Notes: generated by a model not told the origin, from the sequence alone. A stretch of 64,000 nt of DNA from Squalus acanthias (GCA_030390025.1 CM059432.1:10292001-10356000), one strand, 5' to 3'; shown: positions 48,916 to 61,462, numbered from the stretch's first letter. A program made the numbers and translations.

Positions 48916-50454
48916 GTCTCTTGGTAATCCAAGTAATGAAGGTCAAATCCAAAAGTACCTGCAAAGTGATGCTCAGTAGCCAAAACTACTTCACACAGCG
49001 TTGACTCTATGCAGAAATCTCTCCTTCTCTCTCTCAGAATCTCTCTCTCTGTCAGAATGAGTGGTGCAAAAATGTCTACCACAGAAAAAGCCAGGAAGAG
49101 GCCGCCTTTAAATAGCGCCTCCCCAGCCCCTCACCGACTGAGAAACGTTCCAGTCTCCCTGTCGTTGCTTGCGCCAGGCGGAAAGGAGAGGGGCACCACT
49201 CAATATCCGGTCCGGGGCGCCACAAGGGCGTTGCATGCTTGACTGACGTCAAGATCTGCGGACGCAGGAGATCGGGGCGGTAGTGTTTAGCGCCGCCGCA
49301 AAATGCCTGGTCAATTTCGCGAGCGGCGCAGACATCACCACGCCCGGGCGCTAGTTGCTTTGCGCCCCATTAGCGCCCTCTTAAGGCGCTAACAGGAGGC
49401 GCAAACCAACTGAATTTTCCCCCCTTAGAATTCTTACGCCTGGATAAGAGTTGAAAAAAAGTTTTTAAAAAAAATTTCAGTCATTTATCATTTAAAAATA
49501 CTTCAAAAAAAGGTAAGTTTATTTTTAGCCCTGTAAAAAACTTTAATTATTATTTTCAAAAAATTAAATTTTTGTTTAAGATATTGAATTTATTGTAATT
49601 TCAACTAATTTTAAAAATGTGATTTTTAATAAAATGTATTTAATGTTTAGAAGTGTTTTGGGATGATCTCCATTCATATATTTGACAGGTCTATCTGTCA
49701 AGTGTATGAAGGGAGATTCCCTTCTTTGATTGGCTCCCCATGGCCCACGTGATCCCAGGGACGCTTGCGAACCGCCTGCGCCTCTGGGATACGTGGGCCC
49801 TGCGCACTTGGAGTTCGAGAGGCCCAGCATCGGGACTATACGCACCTCGGGAGCCCTCAGGTAAGTGCGTAGAATTTTTTCCAGATCGGAGGACTCCGCA
49901 TGCGGGAAGCCTCCAATCGGAAAATATGGCCCATTACATGATAATGGCGAGGATTTTTTTAAAAAAATCTGAAATGGGGTTCTTGATCTAAGGCGAATAA
50001 AACAAAAACCACGTGTCAGAAAGTATCATTGCTGCAAGCTGGCTGTTTTGGAAGCTGTTAGCAGTATAAGGTTTTATTTGAATCTCACCCTTTCACTTTT
50101 AAGTAGTACATTTAGAAAGGCCTAACAGTACAGGTAATAGGAAATGCCATAACACATGTCAAAGCAATGCGCCCTCACAGCTCTGGATACACCACAGCCT
50201 CGTATATGTGATAACCAATGTCTTAGCCACTCTCCACTGCACTGGCCTCAGGTCTCTCTTAATAGGATTTCCCAAGTTGTTCTTTGTCTGTCAGGTTCCT
50301 CTGTTTCATGCTTCAGGGACTGGCGTTGTAATTGCAAAGGCAGTTCATCGATCTCTAGCCACTGGATTGGACAAAAGGATTGAGTTGCTTCTGGTTTTAT
50401 TAATTGACTGCGGTGAGTTTTTTTTGCGTTAGCCCAGCACAGCTCCTTCTTCAT

Positions 50455-51775
50455 GCTGCGGATGCTGGAAATCTGAAATAGAAACAGAAAATGCTGGAAA
50501 CGCTCAGCCGGTCAGTCGGCATCCATGGAGAGAGAAACAGAGTCAAAGGGCTGGTTTTTGATACTGGGGCGGGTTGGGGTCGTGTCATCCGCATTTTGTG
50601 TTATCCACCCGCCTGCAATTGGATGTGGGAGATTGATGCAATTTTCACTTAATTGGGCAATTGAGTTCCAGCATGTGGGAACCCATGAACTAATTAGTGG
50701 TTTCAGTCTGAAAGTTGCCTCTGATGATGTCATCATTGCAGGTCAGAGACTGCCTGGTCTCAGAGATTGCCTGGCTTTTGCTGTGAGAGGACCTGGATGC
50801 AAAATGAGCAGCATCTCAGAGAGAGAGAGAGAGAATTTTTTTTGCATCCAGGTCCTCTCACAGCAAAGGCCAGGCAGTTTCTGAAGACATTCAATGCAGC
50901 AGCATCAGAGGCGACTTTCAGACCTAATACTACTACTACCTTCATCACATCTCTGTTGTAATAGTGGACCTGCAGCTGATAATCAGCTATCCACTTGTGC
51001 TCCCGCCAGGTTTCACTGGCGTGTTTCACATCAGGCGTGCTTCATGTCGGAAAAGGGTTAAACTAGCTAAAACTTTTCAAAATGGCATTACAGAGCCAAT
51101 TTAGGGCTTGTTAAGGGCTTTAATGGCCTCTCCCGCCTCTTGGAGGCGGGACGGAGTCGGGAACACCGTACACGATTTTATCAAAATTGCGTGGAGGCGG
51201 GATGGAGTCGGGATGGGGTCGGGACCCCCGAATCTGCAACTTTAACCCCCCACACGCCTCCAAACCCGACTCCACGGGTCATTGAAAATCCAGCCCAAAG
51301 TTTCAGGTGGGTGACCCTTCGTCAGAACTGGAAATAGTTAGTGATGTAACAGGTTTTAAGCAAGTGCAGAGGCAGGGAAAGGAGGGGAGGAGAGGAAAGA
51401 GCAAAAGGGAAGGTCTGTGACAGGGTGGAAGGCTGGAGAGATTAAATGACAAAAGGGATGATGGTGCAAGGCGAAAGGAGATGGTCAACTCTGTTTCTCT
51501 CTCCACAGATGCTGCCTGACCTGCTGAGCATTTTCCAGCATTTTCTGTTTTAATTGCGGATATCCAGCATCCGCAGTGTTTTGCTTTTGCAAAAGGAGAT
51601 GGTAATGGGACAAGTAAAGGAACAAAAGATGGGTCTGGAAGAGGTGTCATTGGGAATAGCAGAATCATCAACAGCTGCCGTTAGAAAAAATGGGGGCAGA
51701 GGTTATGATCTGATCTTTCCCTGCCACTGCACTTGTTTAAAATCTGTTATATTTCTAACTTTTTTCAGTTCTGAC
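50455..51775. mobile_element. Penelope-like terminal-repeat fragments in both orientations
   Basis: gatgctgcctgacctgctgag...ccagca repeats as at 23910-24000; hammerhead core on minus at 51300-51331; partial core ttctgac at 51769-51775. Confidence 0.7.
50548..51296. mobile_element. Harbinger-type MITE, family M2
   Basis: TIRs gggctggtttttga / tgaaaatccagccc; TSD aaa; internal inverted repeat ~50705-50925. Confidence 0.85.
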
Positions 51776-54700
51776 TGTAATGTATTACCACTTGGTTTGT
51801 CACATGGTTTAATCACATGGTTTGGTATGAGCATGCTCAGTTCGCTCTGGCCTAATAAACAAGCACACGGACTAGCAACTCATCGTGTCTCGGTCCTTCA
51901 TTTATTCTACCCACATATATTACATTTTGGCGACCAGGATGGGATCCCAAAGCCATTTTTAGGGATCATGGAAGGACACAGTGTTCAACCTTCGAGTGGA
52001 CAAGTTTACGGTAAATTTGTGACACCTAAACTGAATTTATGCAATGTTTTACTGTTAATGCTGACGCAGAATTGCCTGTGCTTCGCCTTCGCGTGTATGT
52101 ATACACAGCAACAGCAGCGTTGATTCACACATGTACACAGGTAGCGCGCTGAGTCACTGTTCAACGGGATCGGGACAATCATGGCCGCGCCGACGGGGTT
52201 CATCGGAAACCTCGGCATGTGTGACCAAGCTCGCGAACCATTCAGTTCTTACATTGAGCGGATGGAGATATTTTTTAGGGCCAATAACATTATTGAGACC
52301 GAAGGTGCAGATGAGAATGTTCAAGCTCAAAATAAAGTAATTCGTGAACAGAAGAAAGAATTTTTCTAACGGAGATCGGGCCAGATGTCTACGGAACGTT
52401 GACAAACCTACTCACGCCAGGGAAAGCGAAGGATGTGTCGTTTGAAGACATTGTCGAGAAACTCGAGGACCATTTCGACCCAAAACCATTAGAAATAGCA
52501 GAGTTTGGTACCAGAAACCAAAAGTGAGTACATTGTAGCTCTTAAGAACTTGTCTTTGCATTGTAACTTCGACACATTTTTTGATCATGCGTTGCGAGAT
52601 AAGTTTGTGTGTGGACTGGTGGATGAGCGCACACAGTCCAAGTTACTGAACACTCCGAACCTAACGTTTGACATAACATGCAAAATTGCCCTATCTATGG
52701 AGATGGCATCTAAGAATGCTAGGGAGCTCCGTCCAACTCAAGTGACTGGTGCAGCTGAGGTCTACAGTCACAAAGCCACCGGCCGAACCTAAAGCTGTGA
52801 GACCTAGTCAAAAGTATGTCGGTGAGAGCAGTTCAGTGAATTGTTATCGCTGCAATGGAAATCACTCACCACAGTCCTGCCAATACAGAAATGTGAAGTG
52901 TTTTCACTGCCAGAAGCAAGGCCATATTTCAACAGCTTGCAGAGCTAGACCTAAAGCAGGAAGTAAGAACCATTCTAGTGGCAATGCAAAGCAGCAACAA
53001 CAAAAGTGAGGAATTCACAATATTGAAGTGAGCACACCTGATGTGGAAGAACTAGGCATCTACAGTATCTATGCCACTAGCGGCAACGCTAGCAGTCGTG
53101 AGAAAGACTTCCGTACAAAACTTTTGATCCACAACCAATATATTGATGTGTGTATCGACATGGCGGCGGACTGTTCTATCATGAGTAAGGACACATATGA
53201 GAGTAAGTTTAATCAAATACCACTTACAAAGAGTATCGTAGAGTTAAAAACCTACTCTGGAGAAATCCTAGATACATGTGGACAAATGGAATGTACAGTT
53301 CAGCACAATGGCCAGTCAGTAAAGCTGCCTATTATTGTAGCGAGTTACAACAACAGGCCAACCGTCATGGGCAAAGACTTGAGAAAGTTAAAACTAGACT
53401 GGAAAAACATCTTCAGTGTAGATGCTTCAAAGAAGTGGCTCAGCACTATGCTGAACAAATACGAAAGCAAGTTCACCGACAGTTATGAGGACATCACTAG
53501 GTATGACGTGCATATCCACATCACGTCTAACGTGAAGCCTGTCTATTGTAAGGTAAGGCCGGTCCACTATGCGTTGAAAAGTCAGGTGGAGGAGGAGCTA
53601 GCGAAGCTCAGAGAGAACAGAGTGCTAGTAAAAACTGGCAAAAGTGAATGGGCTACCCTGATTGTGGTAGTGCGCAAAGCAGTCAAAACTGTACGCTTGT
53701 GCGGTGACTACAAAGTTACGATCAACCAAGCAGTTGACGATGAGCAGCACCCGTTACCTACAACGCAAGATTTGTATGCAGCACGCTCTGGGTCAAAGGT
53801 TTTCTCCAAGCTTGACCTGTCGCACGCTTACGCTCAGCTGAATGTTGACAAAGAGAGTCAACAGTATCTCACCATCAACACACACAAGGGACTGCACTCA
53901 TACACCAAGCTGCCGTATGGTGTAAAGTTCTCCTCCAAAATCTTCCAGGCTACGATGGATAAGATTTTGCAAGGAGTTACAAATTGCTTATGCAATCAAG
54001 ACAATGTGCTGATCGCAACAAGCAGCGAGGAAGAAAATCTAGAAATGTTACATGTACTGCTTCAAAGGTTGAATTCCCACAATGTCAAGTTGAAAAGGAG
54101 CAAATGTGCTTTTGTGCAGCCCGAGGTTGTGTACCTTGGTCTGAAAGTTGATGCAACCAGTGAAGGAAAAGGTTGATGCTGTCATCAATGCTCCAAAGCC
54201 ACAGAACGTGTCTGAGTTAAGACCTTTCCTTGGAATGGTCCAGTACTATGCACGATTCTTACCTGAGTTAGCGACCATGTTAGTTCCATTGCACGAGCTC
54301 CTCAAAAAGGATGTCCAGTGGAAATGGACGAAAGCGCAACAGGAAGCTTACGACGCTTGTAAGAGAAGTCTCACTAGCAATGCTCTACTTGTGCACTACG
54401 ACACAGAGCGTGAGCTTAAGTTAGCGTGTGATGCTTCTAGCTATGGTGTGGGAGCTGTCATAAGCCATGTACTGGATGACAGCCAAGAGAAACCAATCGC
54501 ATTCACATCGTGAACCCTCATAAAGTGCGAAAGAAACTACGCGCAAATTGAAAAGGAAGCACTCGCCATAGTGTTTGGAATCAAGAAATTCCAACAGTTT
54601 CTGATTGACAGAAAGTTTATCCTGATAACCGATCACAAACCGCTCCTAGAAATATTGGGGCCCAAATCTGCCATCCCTGCAATGGTCGCATCAAGAATGC

Positions 54701-55160
54701 AACGTTGGGCAGTGTTGTTGTCACAATATGACTACACGATTGAATATCGCACTTCAAAGCAAAACGCAATTGCAGATGCCTTGTCCAGGTTGCCACATGA
54801 GGACTCGTGTGTTGGGAGTGAAGGTGAGATTTTCACGCTGGGCGCAGTTGACAAAGACTTTCCCGTGAATGCAACTGAGATTGCAGATGAGACTCAACAG
54901 GACTCAGTACTGAAAAGAGTGTATGGAAACACCTTGAATGGATGGACTGATCAGTGTCTGGACACAGAGTTGAAACCATTCCATAACCGTCGTACTGAGC
55001 AAGGTTGTATCAAGTGGGGAAACAGAGTGATGGTACCTACTTCTTTGAGTTCAGAACCAAAACAAAGCAGCTCAAATATTGGTTCAACCCAAAACCTTCT
55101 TTAAGGAGATCAGGAAGGCTCCGCAAGCCTGTTATTAAATTGGATTTGTAGTTCATTTGA
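51776..55160 (+). mobile_element. Gypsy LTR retrotransposon copy 2 (5' LTR 51776-51924, PBS, gag, PR, RT, RNaseH; no integrase; 3' LTR lost)
   Basis: TG...CA LTR matching 40420-40536; PBS tggcgaccaggatgggat (51928-51945) matches the tRNA-Ser(GCU) 3' end as I recall it; gag LRDKFVCGL and knuckle CFHCQKQGHISTAC; RT ORF 53028-54176. Confidence 0.92.
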
Positions 55161-55719
55161 TATGTTCGAGTGCCGTATCTGTGCAACAGCTGACCCACAA
55201 AAAGATAAGCAATTGATTCAGACAATCGTAAATTGAGATTTTACAGAAAAGGGGCGTAAATCTCTTGGCAATTGTTGTAAAACACTGAAGATAAGGAAGT
55301 CATTTAAAGTAGCACATTTAAATAGAATAAACGTCAAAAGTGTTTTTCTATTCAGACCAGCAGATCTCCCATGAGTAGCTGAAAAGTTGCAAAGCGAAGG
55401 TTCTGGGGTGTGGGAGCAGGACAGGGGCGCACATCGCCACTGAAAAGATTTGAAAGAAACCTCCTTCAGTGAAGGAAAGAACTAACATTGTTGAAGCAAT
55501 TTTCAAATCCTCAGGGTGATTCAAGGCATTTCTTAGCCAATGAATGACTTTGTTTGGATGTGTGGTAACTCTTGCTATGTAGGCACAAGCAGCAGCAAGG
55601 TTCCAAAAAAACGGCAAATGAGTTAAAGGACTAGTTAATCTGTTCTGGGTGATGTCTGAGGGACCAGTGTCAGCCAAGGCTTCTCTCTGAGCTCTTTATT
55701 GAAATGGAGCCGCGGGATA

Positions 55720-55960
55720 TCCGCGCTCCTTCCAATTCTGGCCTCTTGCGCAGCCCCGATTTTCATCGCTCGACCATTGGCGGCCGTGCCTTCAGCTACC
55801 TGGGCCGCTGAGCCCCGGAATTCATCCCTAAACCTCTCCACCTCTCTACCTCTCTCTATCTCTCTCTCTCTCCTTTAGGACGCTCCTTAAAACCTACCTC
55901 TTTGATCAAGCTTTTGGTCGCCTGTCCCAATAGCTCCTTAAATGGCTCGGTGTCAACTTC
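55720..55960 (+). mobile_element. L2 LINE 3' fragment
   Basis: Similar to 19505-19825 (ctccttaaaacctacctctttga). Confidence 0.7.
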
Positions 55961-56054
55961 TGACGATAGTGTAAAACGGGCGATAGTGGATCAGCCGACA
56001 TTATATACATCATCGGATTTTCCTTGCCGGTGACTTCAATAACTTCCTAAGTGC

Positions 56055-56750
56055 AATAACAACAACAACAACTTGTATTTATATGGCACCTTTAATATAG
56101 TACAACATCCCCAGGCGCTTCACAGGAGCGTTATCAAACAAAATTTGACACCGAGCCATATTGGAGCTATTAGTGACCAAAAGCTTGGGTCAAAGATGTC
56201 GTTTTTAAGGAACATCTTAAAGGAGGAGAGAGAGGTAGAGAGGTTTAGGGAGGGAATTCAGAGTTTAGGGCCTAGGCAGCTGAAGGCACGGCCGCCAATG
56301 GTGGAGAGATTAAAAAATGGGGCTGCACAAGAGGGCAGAATTGGAAGAGCGCAGAGATCTAGGAGGGTTGTGGGGCTGAAGGCGATTACAGAGATAGGGA
56401 GGGGCGAGGCCATGGTGTGATTGGAATACAAGGATGAGAATTTTAAAATCGAGGCGTTGCCGGACTGGGAGCCAATGTGGGTCAGTGAGCACAGGGGGTG
56501 ATGGGTGAACGGGACTTGGTGCGAGTTAGGGTGCGGGCAGCAGAGTTTTGGATGAGCTCAAGCTTACAGAGGGTGCAAGGTGGGAGGCCGGCCATCAAGA
56601 GCATTGAAAGAGTCGAGTCCAGAGGTAACAAAGGCATGGATGAGGGTTTCCGCAGCAGATGAGATGAGGCAGGGGCCGGAGTCGGGTGATGTTGTGGAGG
56701 TGGAGGCAGGCGGTCTTGGTGATGGAGCGGGATACGGGTTCGGAAGCTCG
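56055..56750 (-). mobile_element. L2 LINE 3' end with (gtt)n tail
   Basis: KLELIQNSAARTLT...HWLPVRQRLDFKILILVF...GLAPPYL. Confidence 0.85.
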
Positions 56751-57664
56751 TCAAGAACATCTGCCTCAACATCTGTGATGGATCAAAATATTTACCTAGC
56801 CCTGCCAACTTCTTTGTGCGGAACTTTTCCATACATTTTTTTGTAAGTGTATTCCTGTTCTTGCCTGCGTCGGCAAAAATTGATGTGTTGGATTTTCAAC
56901 ATCAGTTATAATGAGTATTACTTGTAGTTCAAATATGTTGCAATGTATACGAATCCTCGGGCACAGATTATGAAAAATGCAATTCTTGTAGTTCACCTGA
57001 TTAAGATCTACAACCCTTTGGGCAAAGCCACTTAACTGAAGTGAACGGAACGCATATTTATAATTATCATGCCATTTACATTATTTCATTACACAAAGCA
57101 GATTGAGAACAGGCCGGCTCAAATTATAGAATGACTGCTGCTGACGCTGTAGGTAACTTTATTAGAAACTGTAGCTCAGTAATGGTTTAATCAAAGGATA
57201 TATGTTGAACAAGTTTGATGACAGCTTCTGGCTGTGAAACACTGTGTTACCCCACGGGAGGCTGCCCTAGTTTTTGCTTTTTGTTCGTTTTTCTTTGCTT
57301 TGGAACCTGATTACAGAACGCCCAGCAAGTGGTAGATGTGAGACTTGGGTGCAGTTTTATCTGGTTCCTCTTGCAGCTTGTGTGGACTATCACTTGCTGC
57401 GTGATTACCAAATTACACACCGAGTCGGAGCGGCTGACGGCCGCCTTTTAGAAAGGACCGTGGAGAAATGAATGAACGAGCGGCCGATGTTCCAGGTAGC
57501 GCACGGGACACGCCGATTAAATGCAACCTGGCATTCCGCGCCCGTTCAGTCGGGTTGCCAACCTTTCCAGGATTGCCCAGGCAGCGCCAGGGATTGAAGA
57601 TTAATTTCCTGGGCACTGCCGCGAGCAACACCCCCGGGAGAAAAAAAAAATCATTGTGGGTACA

Positions 57665-58118
57665 GTGTCAGCCAGTGGCTCAGTGGGTAGCACACTCGCC
57701 TCTGAGTCAGAAGGTTGTGGGTTCAAGTCCCACTCCAGAGACTTGAGCACATAAATCTAGGCTGACACTCCAGTGCAACACTGAGGGAGCGCTGCACTGT
57801 CGGAGCCGTCTTTCAGTTAAACCGAGGCCCCCGTCTGCTCTCTCAGGTGGACGTAAAAGATCCTCATGGCACTATTTTGAAGAAGAGCAGGGGAGTTATC
57901 CCCGGTGTCCCGGGGCCAATATTTATCCCTCAATCAGCATCACCAAAAAACAGGTTATCTGGTCATTATCACATTGCTGTTTGTGGGATCTTGCTGTGTG
58001 CAAATTGGCTGCTGCGTTTCCTTACGTTACAGCAGCGACTCTACTTCATTGGCTGTAAAGCGCTTTGAGACGTCCGGTGGTCGTGAAAGGCGCTATAGAA
58101 ATGCAAGTCTTTCTTTCA
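57665..58118 (+). mobile_element. Deu-domain SINE
   Basis: tRNA-like head, Deu core, tail. Confidence 0.85.
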
Positions 58119-58489
58119 TTTAAAAAAATACTGGGGTAGAGTTTCCGCTTTGGGCGCAAACGGCAAACTGGGTGCAAATTGCGCTTGAAATGAAATCATG
58201 GTTCTAGTTACCGCCTAAGCTCACTTGCATAATCACAAACCTTACGTCTTCCGTGGACCAGCACAATCGGGCAGCGTGATAGAACGTAATCCTTTATTTT
58301 TATTTCTTTGCATTGAAAAATATTCCTTGAGTGTTAAGAGCGGTAACCTGGTGCAGATTTATTAATACAGCTGAACATGGGTTTATCACATAAAAGAGGC
58401 ATGTTTAATACAGCGTCCAGTCCTCCACCTGTGAGTAACCCGATTTTAAAATCACTGAAAATAACTTTAAAAAAAAACTATACTGAACT

Positions 58490-58662
58490 ATTGCTGGAAA
58501 TCTGAAATAACAGAAAGTGCTGGGAACACTCAGACAGGTTGGGCAGCATCGAGGAGAGAGAAACAGAGTCAACTGAAGAAGGGTTCGACCCGAAACGTTG
58601 ACTCTGTTTCTCTCTCCTCGATGCTGCCCGACCTGCTGAGTGTTTCCAGCACTTTCTTTTGT
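58490..58662. repeat. Long hairpin of inverted Penelope-like repeats with a hammerhead core in the loop
   Basis: Arms ~58512-58573 and 58597-58656 are near-perfect inverted repeats around CTGAAGA-a-GGGT tcg ACCC-GAAAC. Confidence 0.8.
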
Positions 58663-58692
58663 TAGACTCAACCATTTACTAGTTTCATTCTT

Positions 58693-58880
58693 AGGGGCAA
58701 AAATTGGGTTGCTTTGTGCCTCCTGAGGGGGCACTAGGCCCCTCCCTTTTAACTAGCGTAGCACGTAGTGCCATGATATTGAATGGTAGCACCCCAAGAG
58801 GGAGGGGGAGCACTTCCCAGTAGCACCCTGCCTCCTGCTTGGAACACTACCATTCAATTTCTGGCACAGGGGCACTAACT
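58693..58880. mobile_element. MITE remnant related to 20469-20987
   Basis: Shares ggttgctttg.gcctcc and ccccaagagggagggggagc.cttcc. Confidence 0.65.
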
Positions 58881-58887
58881 TTTATTG

Positions 58888-59035
58888 ATACTAGCTTTTT
58901 ATTCCAGATTTATTTAATTAATTGAATTTGAATTCCCCAGCTGCCATGCTGGAGATTTGAACTCATGTCTCCAGATCATGAGTCCAAGCTTCTAGGATTA
59001 CTAGCCCAGATGACATTACCACTATACTACCGTAC
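58888..59035 (-). mobile_element. tRNA-derived SINE head (second family)
   Basis: Minus strand has an A-box-like tagtatagtgg and a B-box-like gagttcaaatc. Confidence 0.55.
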
Positions 59036-59041
59036 CCCTAT

Positions 59042-59520
59042 AAATGGAAACATTTTCTCTATGTCTATCCTATCAAGCCCTTCATAATTTTAAAGACCTC
59101 ATCCTCAGCTTTCTCTTTTCTGGAGAAAAGAGCCCCAGCCTGTTCGGCCTTTCCTGATTACTATATCCTCTCTTGGTATCATCCTTGTGAGTTGTTTTTT
59201 GCACCTTTTCCAGTGCCTCTATATTCTTTTTATAATATGGAGACCAGAACTGCTCACAGCGCTCCAAGTGTGGTCCAACCAAGGTTCTGTATAAGTTTAA
59301 CATAACTTCTCTGCTTTTCAGTTATATCCCTCTAGAAATCAACCCCAGTGCTGTGTCTGCGTTTTCTTATGACCTTATTAACCTGCATTGCTACTTTCAA
59401 TGATTTGTGTATCTGTATCCGTAGATCCCTCTGACCCTTTATCCGTTTCGGCACTTATTATCCAAGCTGTGTGTGGCCCCCACTTATTCTTCCTGCCAAA
59501 ATGTACCACACCACACTTAC
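59042..59520 (-). mobile_element. CR1 fragment
   Basis: MLNLYRTLVGPHLERCEQFWSPYYKK. Confidence 0.8.
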
Positions 59521-60164
59521 AGGAAGGTAAGTAAAAAAGAGTTTACCTACCATTTCTTCGGCGGCCTTCAGTGGGCTCTTGAAGTTGCCGCTGGTTAGGA
59601 CACGGTAGAACTGGGAAAACTAGTTGGAGCTTGCACACCCATGATCCGCCTTGTTTTTGACCAATTTCCTACAGGGGGCCTAAATCAGGCGTTAGGCCTC
59701 TGATTTGCATATGCCAAGAGGTTTAACGCCTGAGAAGAAGCCTTTGCCAATATGGCGACGCCCATATGCCAGATCGGCGCCGATCGGGCACCGGACTTTG
59801 CATCCTGAAATTGGTCCTCATTGCCCCCATTTTTACGCCCAGAAAATGGGCGCAACGAGGACCAATTTCCCCCCAACCCTCCGCCCCACCATTGACTTTA
59901 TTCTGTGGACTGAATATGATTGAAATGCTTGCCAGGGGAAAAATTATTTAAGAACAGCACGTGTTAATTTTCATAGAAAATATACAATAATTAATGGTGC
60001 AAGTCGATTATTCATTGTGAAGCTGTTTTACATAGCTTGCATTTTTAATTAATCTGTTGTCCTTTGAACACTTCAACCGTAAGCACATTGAATGACTGGG
60101 TGTGGAATAATAGTTTCCCAGTTAGACGTAGAGCTAAAGAGGATCGAGATTTGTTTCCTTTCAG

Positions 60165-60630
60165 AGTGTCCACCATGGTTCAGTGGGTAGCATCATTATC
60201 TCTGATATCATAAAGGTTGTGGGTTCAAATCCCACTCCAGAGACTTAAGCACAAAAATCTAGGCTGACACTCCAGTGTAGTACTGAGGGAGCGCCAAACT
60301 GTTGGAGGTTCCGTCGTTCAGATGAGATGTTAAACCGAGGCCCCGTCTGCCCTCTCAGGTGGACATAAAAGATCCCATGGCACTATTTTGAAGAATGGTA
60401 GGGGAGTTATTCCTGGGGCCAATATTTATCCCTCACTCAACATCACTAAAACAGATTATCTGGTCATTATCACATCGCTATTTATGGGAGCTTGCTGTGT
60501 GAAAATTAGCTGTCGCGTTTCCCACATTACAACAGTGACTACACTTCAAAAAGTACTTCATCGGCTGTAAAGCGCTTTGGAGGTCTGGTGATCATGAAAG
60601 GCGCTATATAAATGAAAGTCTTTCTTTTTC
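60165..60630 (+). mobile_element. Deu-domain SINE
   Basis: tRNA-like head, Deu core, tail. Confidence 0.85.
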
Positions 60631-61042
60631 CTGATTGATTCAGTAAACTCTATACAGTTAGATCTTGTGTCAAACCTGCATGCAATGGCCTGAGGGGTTT
60701 AATTCAGTCCTGGCATCTCTGAAACATTGCAGTCGCTTCTGATGCATGCGATGTTACACAACAGATCCCCAGAAGAAATACTTTGTTTTTTTTGCTCCAG
60801 TTTTCAAGGTCAGGTGCTGAACCACGACGTGTTAATAATATAAACTAAAAATACACTTTATCTGTACAGAATCATAGTTATAACTATTATTTGCCTGTAG
60901 GACATCTCATTGCGCATTCATGTGTCATTTCGTTTTTCAATATTAGAATGAGGGAATGGTTTGTCTTCTACCTGTGCCTGTCACAATTAACCTTCAAAAG
61001 CCAAAAATTTAAGAACAAAAATATTGTAAACTAGGACTACTT

Positions 61043-61462
61043 TAAGAAAGACTTGCATTTATATAGCGCCTTTCACGACCACCGGACATCTCAAAGCGCT
61101 TTACAGCCAATGAAGTACTTTTGGAGTGTAGTCACTGTTGTAATGTGGGAAATGCAGCAGCCAATTTGTACACAGCAAGCTCCCACAAACAGCAATGTGA
61201 TAGCGACCCGTTAATCTGTTTTTGTTATGTTGGTTGAGGGATAAATATTGGCCAAGACACCAGGGGTAACTCCCCTGCTCGTCTTTGAAATAGTGCCATG
61301 GGATCTTTTACGTCCACCTGAGGACAGACAGGCCTTGACAGTGCAGCACTCCCTCAGAGAGTCAGCCTAGCTGTATGTGCTCAAGTCTCTGGAGTGGGAC
61401 TTGAACCCACAACCTTTTGACTCAGAGGCGAGTGTACTACCAACTAAGCCACAGCTGACACT
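61043..61462 (-). mobile_element. Deu-domain SINE with internal deletions
   Basis: Tail, partial core and head on the minus strand. Confidence 0.85.

Larger units (their letters stand above)
43679..49424. mobile_element. PIF/Harbinger transposon C, full-length structure
   Basis: 15-bp imperfect TIRs gggggagaaattcag / ctgaattttcccccc; TSD tta; Myb gene on +, transposase on -. Confidence 0.92.
43458..49932. mobile_element. Harbinger-type MITE, family M1, split by element C
   Basis: ggcccggatattccgat / atcggaaaatatggccc termini; TSD att. Confidence 0.8.

Noticed and set aside
55348..55520. Possible host exon after ttttctattcag
   Set aside because: All three frames hit a stop within about 30 nt.
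57550..57650. gggttgccaac hAT-like terminus
   Set aside because: No partner TIR or TSD found; too short to call.
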